Shown here in pieces: positions 26,701 through 41,700 of a DNA stretch of 64,000 bases. The notes beneath the pieces were generated by a model. It did not search any database and had not been told where the DNA came from. It saw only the letters and a program-made list of their open reading frames with translations. The stretch covers positions 313,625 through 377,624 of the forward strand of contig NMRA01000081.1 in the NCBI GenBank assembly GCA_002633005.1, written 5' to 3'. The position numbers and the translations under genes were made by a program. Every line of letters begins with the position of its first letter. The first letter of the stretch is position 1. The DNA comes from Phoronis australis. Its lineage: Eukaryota > Animalia > Phoronida.

Positions 26701-29700
26701 GGCTTGCCGATTTCCAAGAAGATATTCTGTACCTCGATCTCATTTTAAAAACAACTTTGAAAAGAACTTTGGACTCAGAACAGTGAACAGAGCATAAATA
26801 ATCGTATCTGTAAGTTTTATATAAATCCGTTCAGCCACTCCTAAGATATGTTGATTCGAAAGTAGCGAAATTTGGCCATCATCCTCAGGTCCTTCCTAAC
26901 CTTAAAGCCCAACTTCAACGAAATTTTGTTATTTTAGATGTATTGGGCTATCCAGATAGTCCTAGCAAAGCCTTAGTAAAATATGAAAACGCGAGTTCAA
27001 TCACGCAAATGTAACCCCGTCAAATGATAAGTGAAGCTGCCTTTTCGCGCCATGCTGCGTCACCGCGAGATCCCAGCACAAACAACAAAAGGTAGCATTG
27101 AATAGGGGTCTGAATAGAACACCATTGTGTGCTAGTGTTATTTGCAGCTGTTTGAATTAAAAGGTGATTCTCGCGGTGACGTAGACAAAAGCAAGCCAAT
27201 ACGCCTAACAGTTCGTTACATTTAGCAATTTGTAGCACTAATGGGCTCAGAGGGATGCTCTTAACATACTGTAGGAACCAAATTTTCAGGTGTTACCGTT
27301 GAAGATAGGCTTTAAGAGAACACCTGGCGTGCGTTCAGTAAGGCTAGGACTTACGCTAGGCCCTAGCTAAAATCTAGCCAAGGTCACGTAATCTCATTTA
27401 AAATACACTGCAATATTTCATGTATTTTCGCGAAGTCTTGTTTGTTAGCGAGGTCCTAGCGCTACTGAACTGGAGGCTAGTATTACGCTAGTAAATGTAC
27501 GTTCCTATTTTACGTTCGTGAATTACGCTCATTCTTTACGCTAAAGTTTGAAATACACCCGTGTTTTAGGAACGTAAATAACGAGCGTATTTCACAAGAG
27601 TAAAACACGAGCATAATTCATGAGCGTAAATTAAGAGCGCGCATTTACGAGACTACAACCGTCTTAGCTATAATTAACCGTTATACGGGCCTCTCACGGC
27701 GTCCATTCGTGTTATTCTACAGGACATGATGCCACAGACGTTGTCGTCTCTATGATCAGTTATTTAACGATGTTGACATCTTCTTAGTGTAGTTGATGTT
27801 TTAAAACAACACAATTATAGAGTGCTCATCACTGAACAATCAATTTTTACAGATTGTTGCAAATTTCTTCATCTACTTGAGTGTCAACTTCACTGGTTTG
27901 TACCACAAGCACTTAACGGACATCGCACACAGACAAACATTTCTCGATACGAGGCGATTCATTGAGACAGACCTAAAATACAGTAGGAAGCGAACAATGC
28001 AGGTATGACCTTTAACCTTTTGGACACTATTCTGTAAATCTTGAGTTCTAGTTGTGTAATACACGAAAGAGGAAAGAGTGGTCGTACGTACGCCTCAAAT
28101 AAATTTCATAGAGAGAACTAACGAATATTTATGTGTAGGACGAAGTGAAAAAGCTGCTATAGAAAGTCGGACAAGATGGAAAACAGGCAAAATAAAAGAT
28201 GTTGGCTAGCATTTTGTGCTTTCGTAATAACCTGTGTATTAACAGAAAAAAGTCACAGGCCGGTGTTCCCGACTTCGGGTATTATAGACAAACTTTCTTT
28301 GGCAATAGCTAAATAGAATTTGAGGTCTCAATGAGGTAACGGGCAACATTCCCAAACAGATAGGTGAAATGAGTTTGTATCCTTCCTAACTTGGCAGGGT
28401 CACTTGATGCCTGCTGGAATGGGTTGGCATGTTTCGTTGTTACCCCCAGCGCCACCTGATGTCAGTCGGGATTCTTCGTTTTGCCCAGTGTCACCTGGTG
28501 CCGCCAGTTATGAGGCGCAGGTTTGAAATGAGTGAGCGCGGACCATTGTTTTTTCTTTATCCCTCTGTTGGTTTATAACAACATTACAAGGGTGCTTTTT
28601 GGATATGTTAAGTTATTAACTCTGACTAGAACTATATACATCAAAATCCGTTATGTTTTTGTTACATTATTGGAAATCGCCGATTCCCAAAGTTGCCATT
28701 CGAAGGGTGATGACCTTATCTGTTCAAACTAATGCTCTAGTATTTTAAATATATTCTACATCTTACCACACTGACTCAAATTGCCTTTAGTGATTGCGAC
28801 CGCTGAGGTTTTGGGTTCGAATTCGTCTGGGGGCTCGTTTTAAATATAAAAATACATAACATTGACGCAGAGATCTGATTGGCGTCGATAATTTCATTTT
28901 AACCTTGTGTATGCTATCCCGTTTTTTTACAGTCAATTGTCCTTCAGGTACTTGCTGCCCAACGGTATAGGATGGTAATGAAAAGTTCACATTGGTAAAA
29001 TGAAACACTCCGAAGTAGGATAAAGTTTGTTATTACGCGAACACAGACAATTCTGTCGTCTGATTGATTAAAACCCAGTACCGGTACTATAACTCCAGTT
29101 ATGGGGTGATGTCGATCGGGTAGCCTTGGATAATCACTTTTCATTCAAGCCGTCCACACGACAGATGTCGCTATTTGTGAACAGGCCAATCTGAAGCTGC
29201 AGTAGAATTCAATAGCTGTCTGGCGGCTAGAAAACTAACCAAAATGAAGTGTTCTCGTTTAAAATACATGACAATATCTCACGTAATCTCGCGAAGTCTT
29301 GCTTCTCTAGCGAGGTCCTAGCGTTACTGAACTCTACCCTACTGCCTTGAAAACAAAACACACAATCGACGGCGACAGTATTTTAAAGAAGGTAAAACCT
29401 ACTTATCTAATAAGAGACGAAAAGATCAGAGAGAAATACCAGTGGTTGTGTAGTAAAAAATATAGCGTGGACCCTCGGACGAGCAACGGCTCTCCGTCGG
29501 TCCACTTGACCTTATAACACTCTCGGGATCTGTTGTTCGTATAGTGCTTAATTTTCAACTTTAGGTATAAGCGCCCTATTAAGTCCACCATATACAATTT
29601 CCCCCGAACCCTCTACAGCTTGGTAACAAGAAAGATATCACACGCCTTGTTACATTGTTGCTAAACTATTTTGATAAAAAATGTCTCGATGTCAACAGCA

Positions 29701-32700
29701 TTTAAAATGCGTTTGACATAGTGACTACATTCTGTTATAGAACAGATCAAAAATTGTTCGTTACTCAGATGAGAAGTGGTTCCAGAGCTTGGAAAGAACT
29801 TAAAGTGTGTTATTCTCGAGATCGTGCTCAGGACATCAAATGGCCATCCGTCCGTGACAACTTGTTAAACCTGATCTAATTAGTTACAACAAACGGTCAG
29901 CTGTTTAGTTCCAAGTGCAGAATTCCTTCGATTTGAGCAAGCGACAACTTGACGACTACTACACAACAGTGAGTGGTTTAAGTGAAAAACTTTATTTCGA
30001 AGGAAAGCGAATTTAAAAAGCAACAGTTTTAAGTCTAAAAATTGATTTCAAACACCGAGATATGATTTATTTGGCTATAAAAGCATAAGCACTTTCTACA
30101 ACAGTATTTTGAATTCACATCATTTGTGGTGATAAGCGTATGGAGCTGCATTACGGTGTACCCTATATTCGAACATAAGGACGTTGTGGCTACATTAATG
30201 AGCGTTACAGTCAAAGTTTCCCCATGAACTCCATTATTTCGCCTTTTAGACCACGTTTGCCATTTTGAAATTTTATTGTTTTCTTAGGTTGGCCTTTTTA
30301 TTACTTCTGATAATACTTATCGTTGTAATAGTGGATACTTAGCAGAAAACTCATTGGACATAACGACTGGCTGATTCCGGGCTTAAAACCAGCCTCCCGT
30401 TCAGTAACGCTAGGACCTCGCTAAAAAGCAAGACTTCGTGAGATTACGTGAGATATTGACGTGTATTATAAATGAGAACACGTGACTTTGGATAGATTTT
30501 AGCTAGGTCCTAGAGTAAGTCCTAGCGTAGGTCCCAGCGTTACTGAACGCGCGCCAGGCCTTGGCAGCTCTAATAGTCTGTCCCACTGGATGTACAAAAC
30601 CTGAAAATATGAACAGTATATTCGGCCAAACACTTCAAAAACCATGCTCATAGTCTATTGAAACTATTCCAAAATCAATTTTCCATTTTTTACGACTATT
30701 GGAAAACGAGCAAAATACAACAAATCAGCAGTTTTCACCTCAACGCCACCATCTGCATGCCATTACTATGTATGTATGTATGAACGACTGAGAGAAAGAG
30801 CACTCAGACTGCGAGAACTATCCAGAATACAAAATCAGGTGGAAAGTGGTTGTCTTACTAGATTTTTAACAAATCCAAAGTGTCTGAAGGTAATTTAGCA
30901 ATAAAGTGGGTCAAGGGGTCGACAACTGGTAATCTACCACTCACAACAGACTCAAAATTCCAGTAAATGCCATTCATAGCCTTCACATGCAGCACAAAAC
31001 TAATGCCTTGCCAACCTAGCAGGGGTCAATTTTTAATGAAACTGGGGGGGAGCGAAATGAACCCTGGCTCCAAAAACATTGAGCTCCTCCTATGCCCAAG
31101 GAAACGATTTGGCTTTCATTCGGAAAATTACATTTAGAAATATGCCCAGGAAATGTATTTGTTTGCCCTACGCGGCGCTGTTTTGTACCAGAAACGAGAT
31201 GCCAAAGCTGCGAAACGTGTATCCGAAAAACCTGTCATGTCTTTGGGATAAAAGGAGGAAACGATGGCGTTTGGTTGTGCACAATGTTACTGCTACCCCA
31301 CACTTTAAAGTGGGTTTACATTCCGCCTCTTTTCGTTTGATTGCAGAATCACTTTAGAGAAAGTCTTCTCCGTCAAATCATACCGTCGTATTTGATTGAA
31401 GACATGAAAAATGTCCTTGGAAAGAAGTTAATCCACGAATCAGCAGTTGACCCTCAGCAATTTGTTGACTTTTACGCAGACGACAAGAGGTATAAGCATT
31501 ACATGTTTATGTTACAACATTAGATATGAACTATTTCTAAGCTTTAAAAAGTTGCATTTTGCCCTATTTAGCTGGCTAAAAAACGAAAATCAAATTAAGT
31601 CTTTTGCTCTCGTGAAATCGATCTCATATTATTTTTACCTTGATAGTATTCTATTTTACCAACTTTAGCCACAGGTAATGCGTAAGTTCGTCATTTTCTA
31701 ATTAACAATTCTAAGGTTGGCCAACCTCAACATGAACACTGAAACATTTTCTTGAGTCGCTGATGGTTTCGTTGTTCTTGTTGGTAATGGAAATAGCATT
31801 CTATGATGGTGAGAAATATTACGAACAGTTTTATGAGAGTGAAAAGCCTCATTCGATTTTCGTTTTTGGCTAGCTAAACAGCGCGAAATGCACCATTGCA
31901 AATGCCCCGTTTAATTGTCAACATTCATTTTCTAGATGAGTAGTCTTATTCGTAACATTACAAAAACGTATTTTGATTGGATTTAACTTGAATGTATAAC
32001 TTTTTCGTTTTAAATTCTATTGACTTCCGTGTTTCTGTCCCCTCATTATAGAATTAATTTTCTGACTGACTATTTCACGTAAGCTTACGCATCAAGTGTA
32101 ACTCACGTTGTACCGGTACAGTTCAACGCGCCAGTCAAGTTAGAAAGTAGTAATTTTACTTTAGCGCGTGTCAGCCGGCAGTTGCAATATGTTTGCCAAA
32201 AATAAATTTGGAACGTCAAGGCGAGGAAGTGCAAGCAGACGAGTTCTATTTTAAAGACATTAATGCCAGTAATCCTAGTCTTGAATCAAAGCAATTTTAT
32301 CACATTGATTATTATGTCGTTTGATTCGGGAGTTTTTCGAGGACAGTTAGGCAACGCACTTACAGAATACATCAAAATCATTCCCACTATTATTAAAATT
32401 TTCACAGACACTCGAACCAATGTTTGGAAATAGTATTACCATTTCAACAACACAACGATAGCTAACTCACAGCGCCACCTCTTAACTTTACAAACGTTTT
32501 CCAAGTGGCACATTTATCATCTGCTGACTACAACAGTCGATGCTCTTCTGTTGTGTTATTAACTGTCTAATAACATGCAGATCAATCTACTACGGAAAAT
32601 GTTACAACAATAACTACAAATAAATATTAAATAATGGCGACCAGCGCTTATAGTTGTGCACAAAAGAAAAAATTCCCCGGACTAGCAAGGTTGCTCAAAT

Positions 32701-35700
32701 ATTAACTTTCTACCTGAGAGATTTTAAGATAATTAAGAGATCTTTTATATGAAATAACATCAACCGTGGACGCCTCCCCCAAACAGAAATAAAAGGAGTA
32801 AAAGCTTCCGTAAACATATACAAAATGTAAATATAACTTAAAGTTTACCCTTAACAACCAGTGCTCACGGACTCACGTGTTTTTGGGCGAAATCAACCCA
32901 ATGGTTTCCAAAGTTCAACTTAAACAAGCGACGCGAAGATTGAAGGGTCGCTTGTAGTGTTCGATTGTTGTCTTTTCGGGACGCCAGGAAGTACCAACAC
33001 GCCCATATCGCACGTGAATCCCACGACAAAACTCTCATGGCTCACTGTAAACTCATATTCCCCGCTACCCGGCATACATCGTCCTGTTCGCACCAGTACC
33101 CGAGTTGGAAAGCGGATTTCGTTGCAACAATGTCGTGACATTGGTGCAACACGATTGTCGCCTCTGGGGGTTGAACCAATCACTTTGAGACAGTTATCTC
33201 CGCAACGTATCTTCGCTTCTACGATTTTGGCTGGAAATCTAGAAGAATTTGAGTTGATCGCGTAATACCAAGGACAGGTACTTCTATCGTTCAATGGCAA
33301 ATTTTTATTGACTGCGTGAACATGAGGACAAGTTTTCTTCATGCTCATCGATTGGATGTCTTTCGTAATTCCTTGGATCGCAGGAAAATGATTTGACAGC
33401 GTCAGAAATGAATCGTGGACGGAAGACGCAGATTCCATAATTAGTCTAGATCGAAGTTCCGTTTCTGATGGCATCTTACATATTTTCGTTGATAACACCA
33501 TTGTCGGCGTCATCACAGACAGGAGGACAAGGAACATCGCCGGCGTGGTAAACTGAAAAAAACAAATATTTCTTAAGCAGAAAATCCACGGATGGTTTAA
33601 ATAACTTTTTGTAAAAAGGCGTGTCAGCGTTCCATATTTTACACGATTACGTAATCACTGAGTGGAATTCCTTGGTTACTACTGCGCATGCGACTCGAGC
33701 AAACTTCTTCGAAATCGGCAATCCTCTTGTAAAGAGATTGCGCGTAAGTTGTAGGCCTGAAAATTTCTACAGTTTCTCGAACGTCACATCACTGCTATAA
33801 TTCATAGTGAAAAAGTACATTAATCACATGTGTGTATTACTTACGTTTTCCATTTTTTGAAGCAAAATATTTGTGAGAACAATTGGCTGATTCAACCAAT
33901 AATCGAAAAAGACTGGCATGTGGAGATTTGTCGTCAACTCTTTTATATAAGTGTGTCAGGCCGAACTCTTTCCTGTTTCCCCGTTTATGGGGTCTTGTAT
34001 AAAGATAAATCCGGGTAGTTTAGGGGCTCCCCCATATTACCAGGTAGGAATTTACTGCAGTGTTAAAATGTATATTGATTGGCTGAAATGCTTTGAATCC
34101 GCAGCGGCAGGCGCTTTATGCCGCTATATTTAGTATGGCACAGATTGTGCTTAATCTCCAAAATCTCTGCTATCCCTTCCTCTTTTCATAAAGAGTAACT
34201 TCCCTTTGACAAGTCTCTAAATTATTATCGGGGAATTTATTTCCAGTGAAACACGTGCTTGCGATAACTGCTCCGATAGTATCAACATAACATAGCTTGG
34301 CGTATTATAGTATGTATTCTCTCTTAGGAAACATGTGGGGAAGTCAGAACAGAAATATTGGAAAGCAGGTTACTTACTAAGTGTTTCAAAATGTAATTTC
34401 TGTTTTGATGGCTAAAAACAACAAACTGCAAAGAAATCTTCACAATAGTAAACCATAGCCTACGAATAAACCCTAACTTCTCGTCTTACCCTTAACACTG
34501 CTCAAGTCTTATCTGCCTACCGTTGTCAGTAGCCATAAGCCCCTCCAAGTCTACAAATTTTCCATGCAGTAAATGCAGGTGAGCCCTTTACTAAATCGGA
34601 CAGAAAAATGAAGATTGAAAAGTGCCTGAAAACTGGCAAATTCTTTATACAAAGCACTGAACGTTTTATAAAGAAGCTGAAAATTGATTTTTGATAGAGT
34701 TAGTCCCAGGTGGGAAGTATATCAAAGCTGATAATTTTCCTTCAGACACCCACGTTCCTCGCGACCCATGCCGGATGAGCACGCTATGAGAAAAATACTG
34801 CAGAAGTTACTAAAAAAACGGATGAAAGGACCTACTAATCAGTTCTACACGCTCATAGTGAAACGACATGACGACGTGAGGTGAGTTAGTCAATTGCCAC
34901 TATATTGTCATTCCCGAAACGGTAAAATAACCTAATTAATACGGCGCCTAAAATTTGGAGGGACGAACCCTGCCCTAAATAACATGAAGCTTTCACAATT
35001 TTTTCAAATTTTTTTAACATCCAAATTGACACTTGTAATAACACACTAAATGCACTTTCTACCAATATCCTGAGTAACATTTTAAACAACGTTGTTCCTG
35101 GATATTGGTATAAACTCTTTCAATAAATGTGCACGTGTTGCATTATTACAAGTAGAGCTGGGGTACCTATATCAGAAACGTCCCTGTACATCACCTTAAC
35201 ATTAAATTCATTTGAGCAGGTACTTTAAGATTTAAAATAAGTTTGTTCGGTCTATGTAGTTCTTTTTGAAGCCGTTGAGCGAGCATCAATCACCTGTTTC
35301 CTTCTTTTCTGTGAATAGAACTAACAGGATACATTAAAAATAGCATGATAATAAGGAAAACTCGCCATTAAGAAAAATGTATCAATGGCGTCAGTAAACA
35401 GGATGGCGATAACAACTCGACCACGTGTCGGCTTGTCAAGAACTGTCCAACACATCGTGAAAATCGTCGACACTTCGTGTGACCGCTCAGAAATAGTTCA
35501 ACCAAGAGACTGTTAACAAGTATGGAAGCAGAAAGAAATCATACGTTATTCATTAAAATCAGAAACTATCACTTAGCATCACTTTTGATGCATGATGTTG
35601 CCCCATATTATACATGTCAACCAATACGGGAATTGCGCAGTTGTTACGTATTTTTGCTATTTCTGTAGTGCTACGGCGTAGCGCCAAAATGCTACGTATT

Positions 35701-38700
35701 TTCGATAATTAATACGCATTTTGCCGATGTTCATAATTAATGTTTGGCTTTTACAGGCAATCTCTTTTGTCGAAATAATCTCATATCACGAACCTTGCTC
35801 AACAGGGCCAAAAGAATTACCAAGGAGCATAACAACACTCATTGTTACTAGATGTAAGAGCCGCTAATGAACGTAGAAGTTACGGTGGCTTAAATGCAAA
35901 ATAACAGGCATCATTTCACAAAAACCTGGATACCTAGAACAACTCATAATTATGGGCAAGGCCTGGTGCTGAAAATTGAAAGTTTGTCTAGATTCATACA
36001 TTTTTTCACTATTCAAATCATATAACTCTCATTCGTTTAAGCATTTTGTTCGCCGACATTGTACAGTTCACACGGTTAACAGAACAACTGACTCCTATTG
36101 AACTCATCAAAACTCTGAATGCTCTGTTCGGGAGATTCGACAAAATAGCGCAGGTAGGCGAACGAATGGAATGTGTAGCTTATCACTGTTTCAGTGGAGA
36201 TTTGTTAATAGACACTTTTTTCTTAGATACTGCTTTTGTATTTAATTAACATTTTTACAATAAAGATTGTGTTTTTAGAGTGGTCACATTGCGCTTGTTA
36301 CGGCTTCCCTAACACATGACGTGTATAGTGTGTATGCAGGCGCGTTGTCAGCGGAATGCGAATTGCGTACCCACAACTCGTCATTATAGACATGCGCAGG
36401 AGAAACCGTAAAAACATGCCGTTTTGTCTTTGACTAAGTAACTTTTTACGGTGTTCATGGTTGAGTGGACGTGCGTACTTAGATTCCTGCGTCAACACAT
36501 CAGAATTAAATGTGTTTTTTCAAGAATTGTGCTCGTGTTTCGCATTCCTTTATAATTCCCAGGATCGCCTAAATTTAAATTATTTAATGTAGCGACGTGT
36601 ATACTAGAAGGTTTTTCATTACGGATGGGTGCGATTTCAAAAGACACTGCTTTTTGAATTATCTCTTAACAGAAAACATGTCATTATATTTCACGCGTGA
36701 GTGTTTATTTGCTTCAGAAAAACAAGTGCATGCGCATAAAGATATTGGGAGACTGTTACTACTGCGTTTCCGGTTTACCCGACCCTACGCCAGACCATGC
36801 TAAATGTTGTGTCACGATGGCGTTAGAAATGATCAGGATTATCAGGTATAGGAAGTTTAGATCTTTGTACTTCCAGCAAATAGCATGTGATATATGCAAA
36901 TTGTGTGTTAGAACAGGAGCTTTTTACTACATTTCTTAAAAATTCAAAAGTGCACGCACGCGCATACACAAACCATACCACACTCACGCTCGCGCATTTC
37001 CAGACTTGAAAACAAAATTAGAGCACTTGCGTACTGAAGAAAACAAAAGGGTCACCTGTTATTAATTTTTTGTATTCAGAATTTCTGAAGTAAAGATGTT
37101 TTTCCATTTGAATATACTTGTACACCTCCTTCTTGAAAGCTTGCGGAAGAAACATTTCTTGGGCGATAGATGTGATATTTTCAGAGACAAATGAGTAAAT
37201 TAATAGCAACAGGATGTCGCCTTCACCAGCTGTCTGCATCTGTTGCTCAACTATTGAATTTACTTCTTAACTGTAGTGTTGGAATTAATCAAGAACACCA
37301 ACTTCAACAAATAGGGGGCGCAATCGTTTGAGTCTATTTCAGTAGGTAAACTTTAAGATTCATATCCTTACCATGTTCTTCGAGGCATGACTACTCTCCT
37401 TGGGCCTTAGTCGTTACAGGGAAATTGCGAATTTTGTGGCACTCAGGAGTTTTCACAAGTTTTTTCTTGAAGACCATGTTCACTCAGCTGAAAACCTGTT
37501 TTCCGCACCATGCACGGAATGCATAGACATTGTAGGGGTGGGGAATTAAAAACTTCAGTAAAACTAGCCAATTACTCAAAGAATTTCCCACCTTTTAGAA
37601 TACCAGCACAATATGAGCTAACAAAGTATCGCGTGCAGAATATGCAAAATCTGTAGCTCCAACAGAACGGCGGTCTCAAACTGCTAAACATAACAGATTC
37701 TAGAAATTGGGAGAAACGCTAGCTTCTCCCTTACACCAGGTGAAAGGAATGATACGCATCCTGCGCAAAACTAGGTTATAACCAACAGCCAATAGTATAG
37801 CAAATATGTTTTAAAAAACGTCAGGATCATGATGAATCTCAGCATGTTTGTTTTGTTACAATGGCAACGATAACAATCTTTTCCAGGGGCTGGAAAAATT
37901 CCCTCGTCTCTAACTTCTAGCTTGTTCTCTCTAAAGCCCAGTACCGGTGACCAAACTTCAGTCCCAAGGATCAACTTTTGGGGACCAGGAGTGAGTTCTG
38001 TTCAATAAGAATCTAGCGAGAAACGCGAGGTCATGCAAAACCAAGCAAAATCACGCGGTCGAGGGTTTCGCGCAGAAGCGTGCAGAAGTTTTGTGATGCC
38101 CGCGGCGATTTTTTAGTGGATGCTCCTCTCTCTACTCAACTACACGGACCCTGGTACTAAGAAAAGTAAAGACATGAAACATAAAATAGAATCTTTATTC
38201 AATTTAACTACTACCGATCTGGATGTTCCCTATNAAAAAGGCGGCCGCTGAAATGATTGTTCGGTGACGTTGCAATGTTGAATCGTGGCATAGAATTCGT
38301 AAATTATGGGGAAGAATAATCTGTTTTGCGTTCCACAGGCGAAATACATGGCTAATGTCTTAGTTTGTGGAACTCAACCCAGATTCCTCACCCGCTCACC
38401 CGGACTGGTCGTTTTGTCACCGTGTATTTTCGACCCGTGTGTGAAATTTGGGGAAGCGGATCTATTCGTGCCGCGGGCTACCTGCCTGCTGGTGCGGGAC
38501 TGGGTCATAAAAGATTGTAACTAACATTTAGAGGCGCGCCCATGGAATGGTTTCCACCCTCTAATTTCTGACAGAGAGGTTCGTGATGAGACGGGTGTTG
38601 CTCGTCTGGACATGCGCATTGGAATACACACTGGCTACGTTTTGAGTGGTGTGCTTGGACTCCATAAATGGCAGTATGATGTCTGGTCAGATGACGTCTA

Positions 38701-41700
38701 CATAGCCAATCAAATGGAGGCTAACGGAAGGCCAGGGTAAGAAATGAGCTAATGGCTTTTAATGTTCCGGTGTTAAAAAATTTCGTGTACAAATTGTTCA
38801 AATTACAATTTTTATCGAGTCATAGGCGAAGGAATGCCGTTATAAGGCTATCGATGCGTTCCTCCATGCAATCATTTGAACCATTACTTAAACCAATTAT
38901 TTTGGGATGCGTTATTTGACCAAACGTATTTTTTCTTAAAACCATGTTTTCTCACCAAACACAAAGTCTTTAGTTACCAGGAAGTTCCGAGTCCCACTTA
39001 TGGAGCACATATGCCTACACCTGTGAATTATATTCTTTCTTCATTTTCTTAAACACTAGGAGAAAAAGGGGAATGTACACTTGCGTTTTGAATAGTTAAC
39101 CTAAGTAAAGAGAAATTGATCTCAGGCATTTCCCGTAGACGTAAGACACTCGCAAGGAAATTAATCCTAGTGTGATCACGTGCTTCGTTTTCAGTGCAAG
39201 AAGACTTGCGTGATCTTGCGTATTCTCTAGTTTCTTGTGTCTATGGAACTCAGCCCTAGACTCAACGAAGGAAATCATAGGGCCGTCCCGGATTATACAG
39301 CGCCACTCGAGTCTCATTGTATTTACGCAACATTCGTTAACCACTTTTGCAGCTTCGTTTTCACGCCAAGGGTTCCACATGTTTTTTGTTGTTGTCTGAT
39401 TCTTTACAATTTTTTTCTTGGCTGCATTACTCTATTCGTCTTTCCAATGTCAACAAAGTAGCATTACTGTGCTGTTGGTTGCAAGTCCGACGGAACAAAG
39501 CTGGATAAACTTGACCAATACCCGTTGATGTGAGTGATGTAAAATGCTTCGCCTTCCTGACATCAATCAAAGACAAGAAAATGCGGAGAGAGTGGATGAA
39601 GCAAGTTTGTCGGTTTAATTTTGAATCCTCATTCTTGAAGATACCTTTTCAATTCCGGTATTTTTAAACGGTTTAAATCGTAAATATTTCCACGGCCATA
39701 AACCTCGACTTGACCTGTGAAAATGTGCCTGACATTCCACAACGAGGCCAATGAAAACAACGATCTTTCTAACCTCAAGAACAAAGGACAGCTCTATTGC
39801 TGTGTACGTAATCCGGGACGGCCCTACTAAACGACCATCCTTTTAATGAGTTCTAATAAACATTTGGGACTTGTAGTTTTACCTTTACAAATTTATCACC
39901 GTCTGAAGTAATGTTCATTGAAAGAAACAGAGCGGTCGTAGATTTACGGCACCTAACCGGATCAGTTTCTTTTTACAGGCATGTTCACGTGACACAGTCG
40001 ATACTTGACAGACTACCCGACGTGTACGACACAGAAACCGGCAATCAAAACGAATTTCTCCGAGTTAATGACATTAAAACATACTTTATTGTTCCGAAGG
40101 TAATGAATAAGTAAAACAACCAACACTCCCGCGTTCTGTCTAAGAAATAAAATTTGGATTTAGACCGCTTACCACTATAAAGTTGGTCTCGCTTTGTTCC
40201 TTTCACTCAGGTGAGAAGTGATTTTTGGTCTTGTAAACCACTGACCGTTCGTTACTGCACGAGACAATGCTCCGCCTTGACAACTAGTCAACGTGCAGAG
40301 CTAGGTTCCTTAGCAACAATAGCTCAGTTCAAGCCCGCTAATCACACCTATTTTGATGAAGGATAAACATGACATCAATTTCAAAAAGGCAAGTAGTTTA
40401 AAGCAAAAAACTGTTTTGTGACAGAAAGTCAGTTTATAGCCGCTTTAAAGATTTTGTGGCCGCAGTACAGTATATGGCCGTATTTATCCCAGTGCGTCTT
40501 TTCACATGCAGTATAACCTTCATTTTCGTTTACAACTTGTCTCGGCTAAGTCAATTTTCCCTCACGTAACATGTTAAAGCACCTACAACCTCGCCATATG
40601 TTACAAAAAAATAATTTAAACCACTTACCGTTATGCAATTGGTCTCGAACTGTTCCTTAACCAAAATAATGTAATTTCTGAACTAGGAAAGAACTGAGTT
40701 TGTATTATTGCTTGAGACCGAGGCTCTATAAGTTAACTTGTCATTTTGTTCATGGTGTCGACGAATGATGAACTCTTAGTTCTTTGCAAGACCCAAAATC
40801 ACTTCTCATCAGAGCAAGGAACAAGCAGCGACAACTTTTGTAGTGGTGAGTAATTTAAATCAAAATTTAATTTCTTCGACGGCTTATTACCGATTAAAGA
40901 ATTGCTTCTTGAGTTTATGCAGATGTTTCACAAACGGACATGGTCGTCTAATTCCAGATCCCGTTTAACGGAGATGTTCTTCACAAAGAAAAACGATTGC
41001 AGCAGTTTTCATTACAAACGAACACTGTCTAAGTTAATTAGAACATGTTCAACCAAATGGAATGAACGTGACGGATGTTCACTGCTTACAGGAGGCGAAG
41101 GTTCAGGGAATGAGATTTTCTGCAGGGAAGGGTCGCCGCAAATCCATTGTTGTATACATGAGAGACTGGGCTACAGAAAACCCGTTTGACTGTTTAACCA
41201 ATTATATAGAGAACACGGCACAGGCAAGTTAACAGGACGATTGTGTTCTGTATTTGCGATGATGCTTCCGACCTATACTGCAATGCTTTCTTATGGAAGT
41301 CATGTTCAAGAGACCTTGATGTCACAAACATCACTCAATTTCTGTTACTGAGACAATATTTCTGCCAAAAAACCAAAGCTATTTTGTAATTTTTTAATGG
41401 AATTGGTTTTCAACATGGAAAAATTCATTAATTAGAAAGAAATAATCTAATTTGAAAATACGTAGATTGTGACGACACGCTTTCCATTGCGTCACTGGCG
41501 GTCATGTAACTTGATATATCTTTTTGAACTATTAAATAACTTATGGAATCCTATATTTCAAAGACTTGTTAGTCACAGAAACAGAATAATTGGGGAAAAT
41601 AATACCTGATAAAGGTTTGTTTTAGACACGAAATTGGCATATGTTTTCGGATGAACACAGACCGTGCGTTAGCGAAACTGCGTATCAAGAGATACAAATG

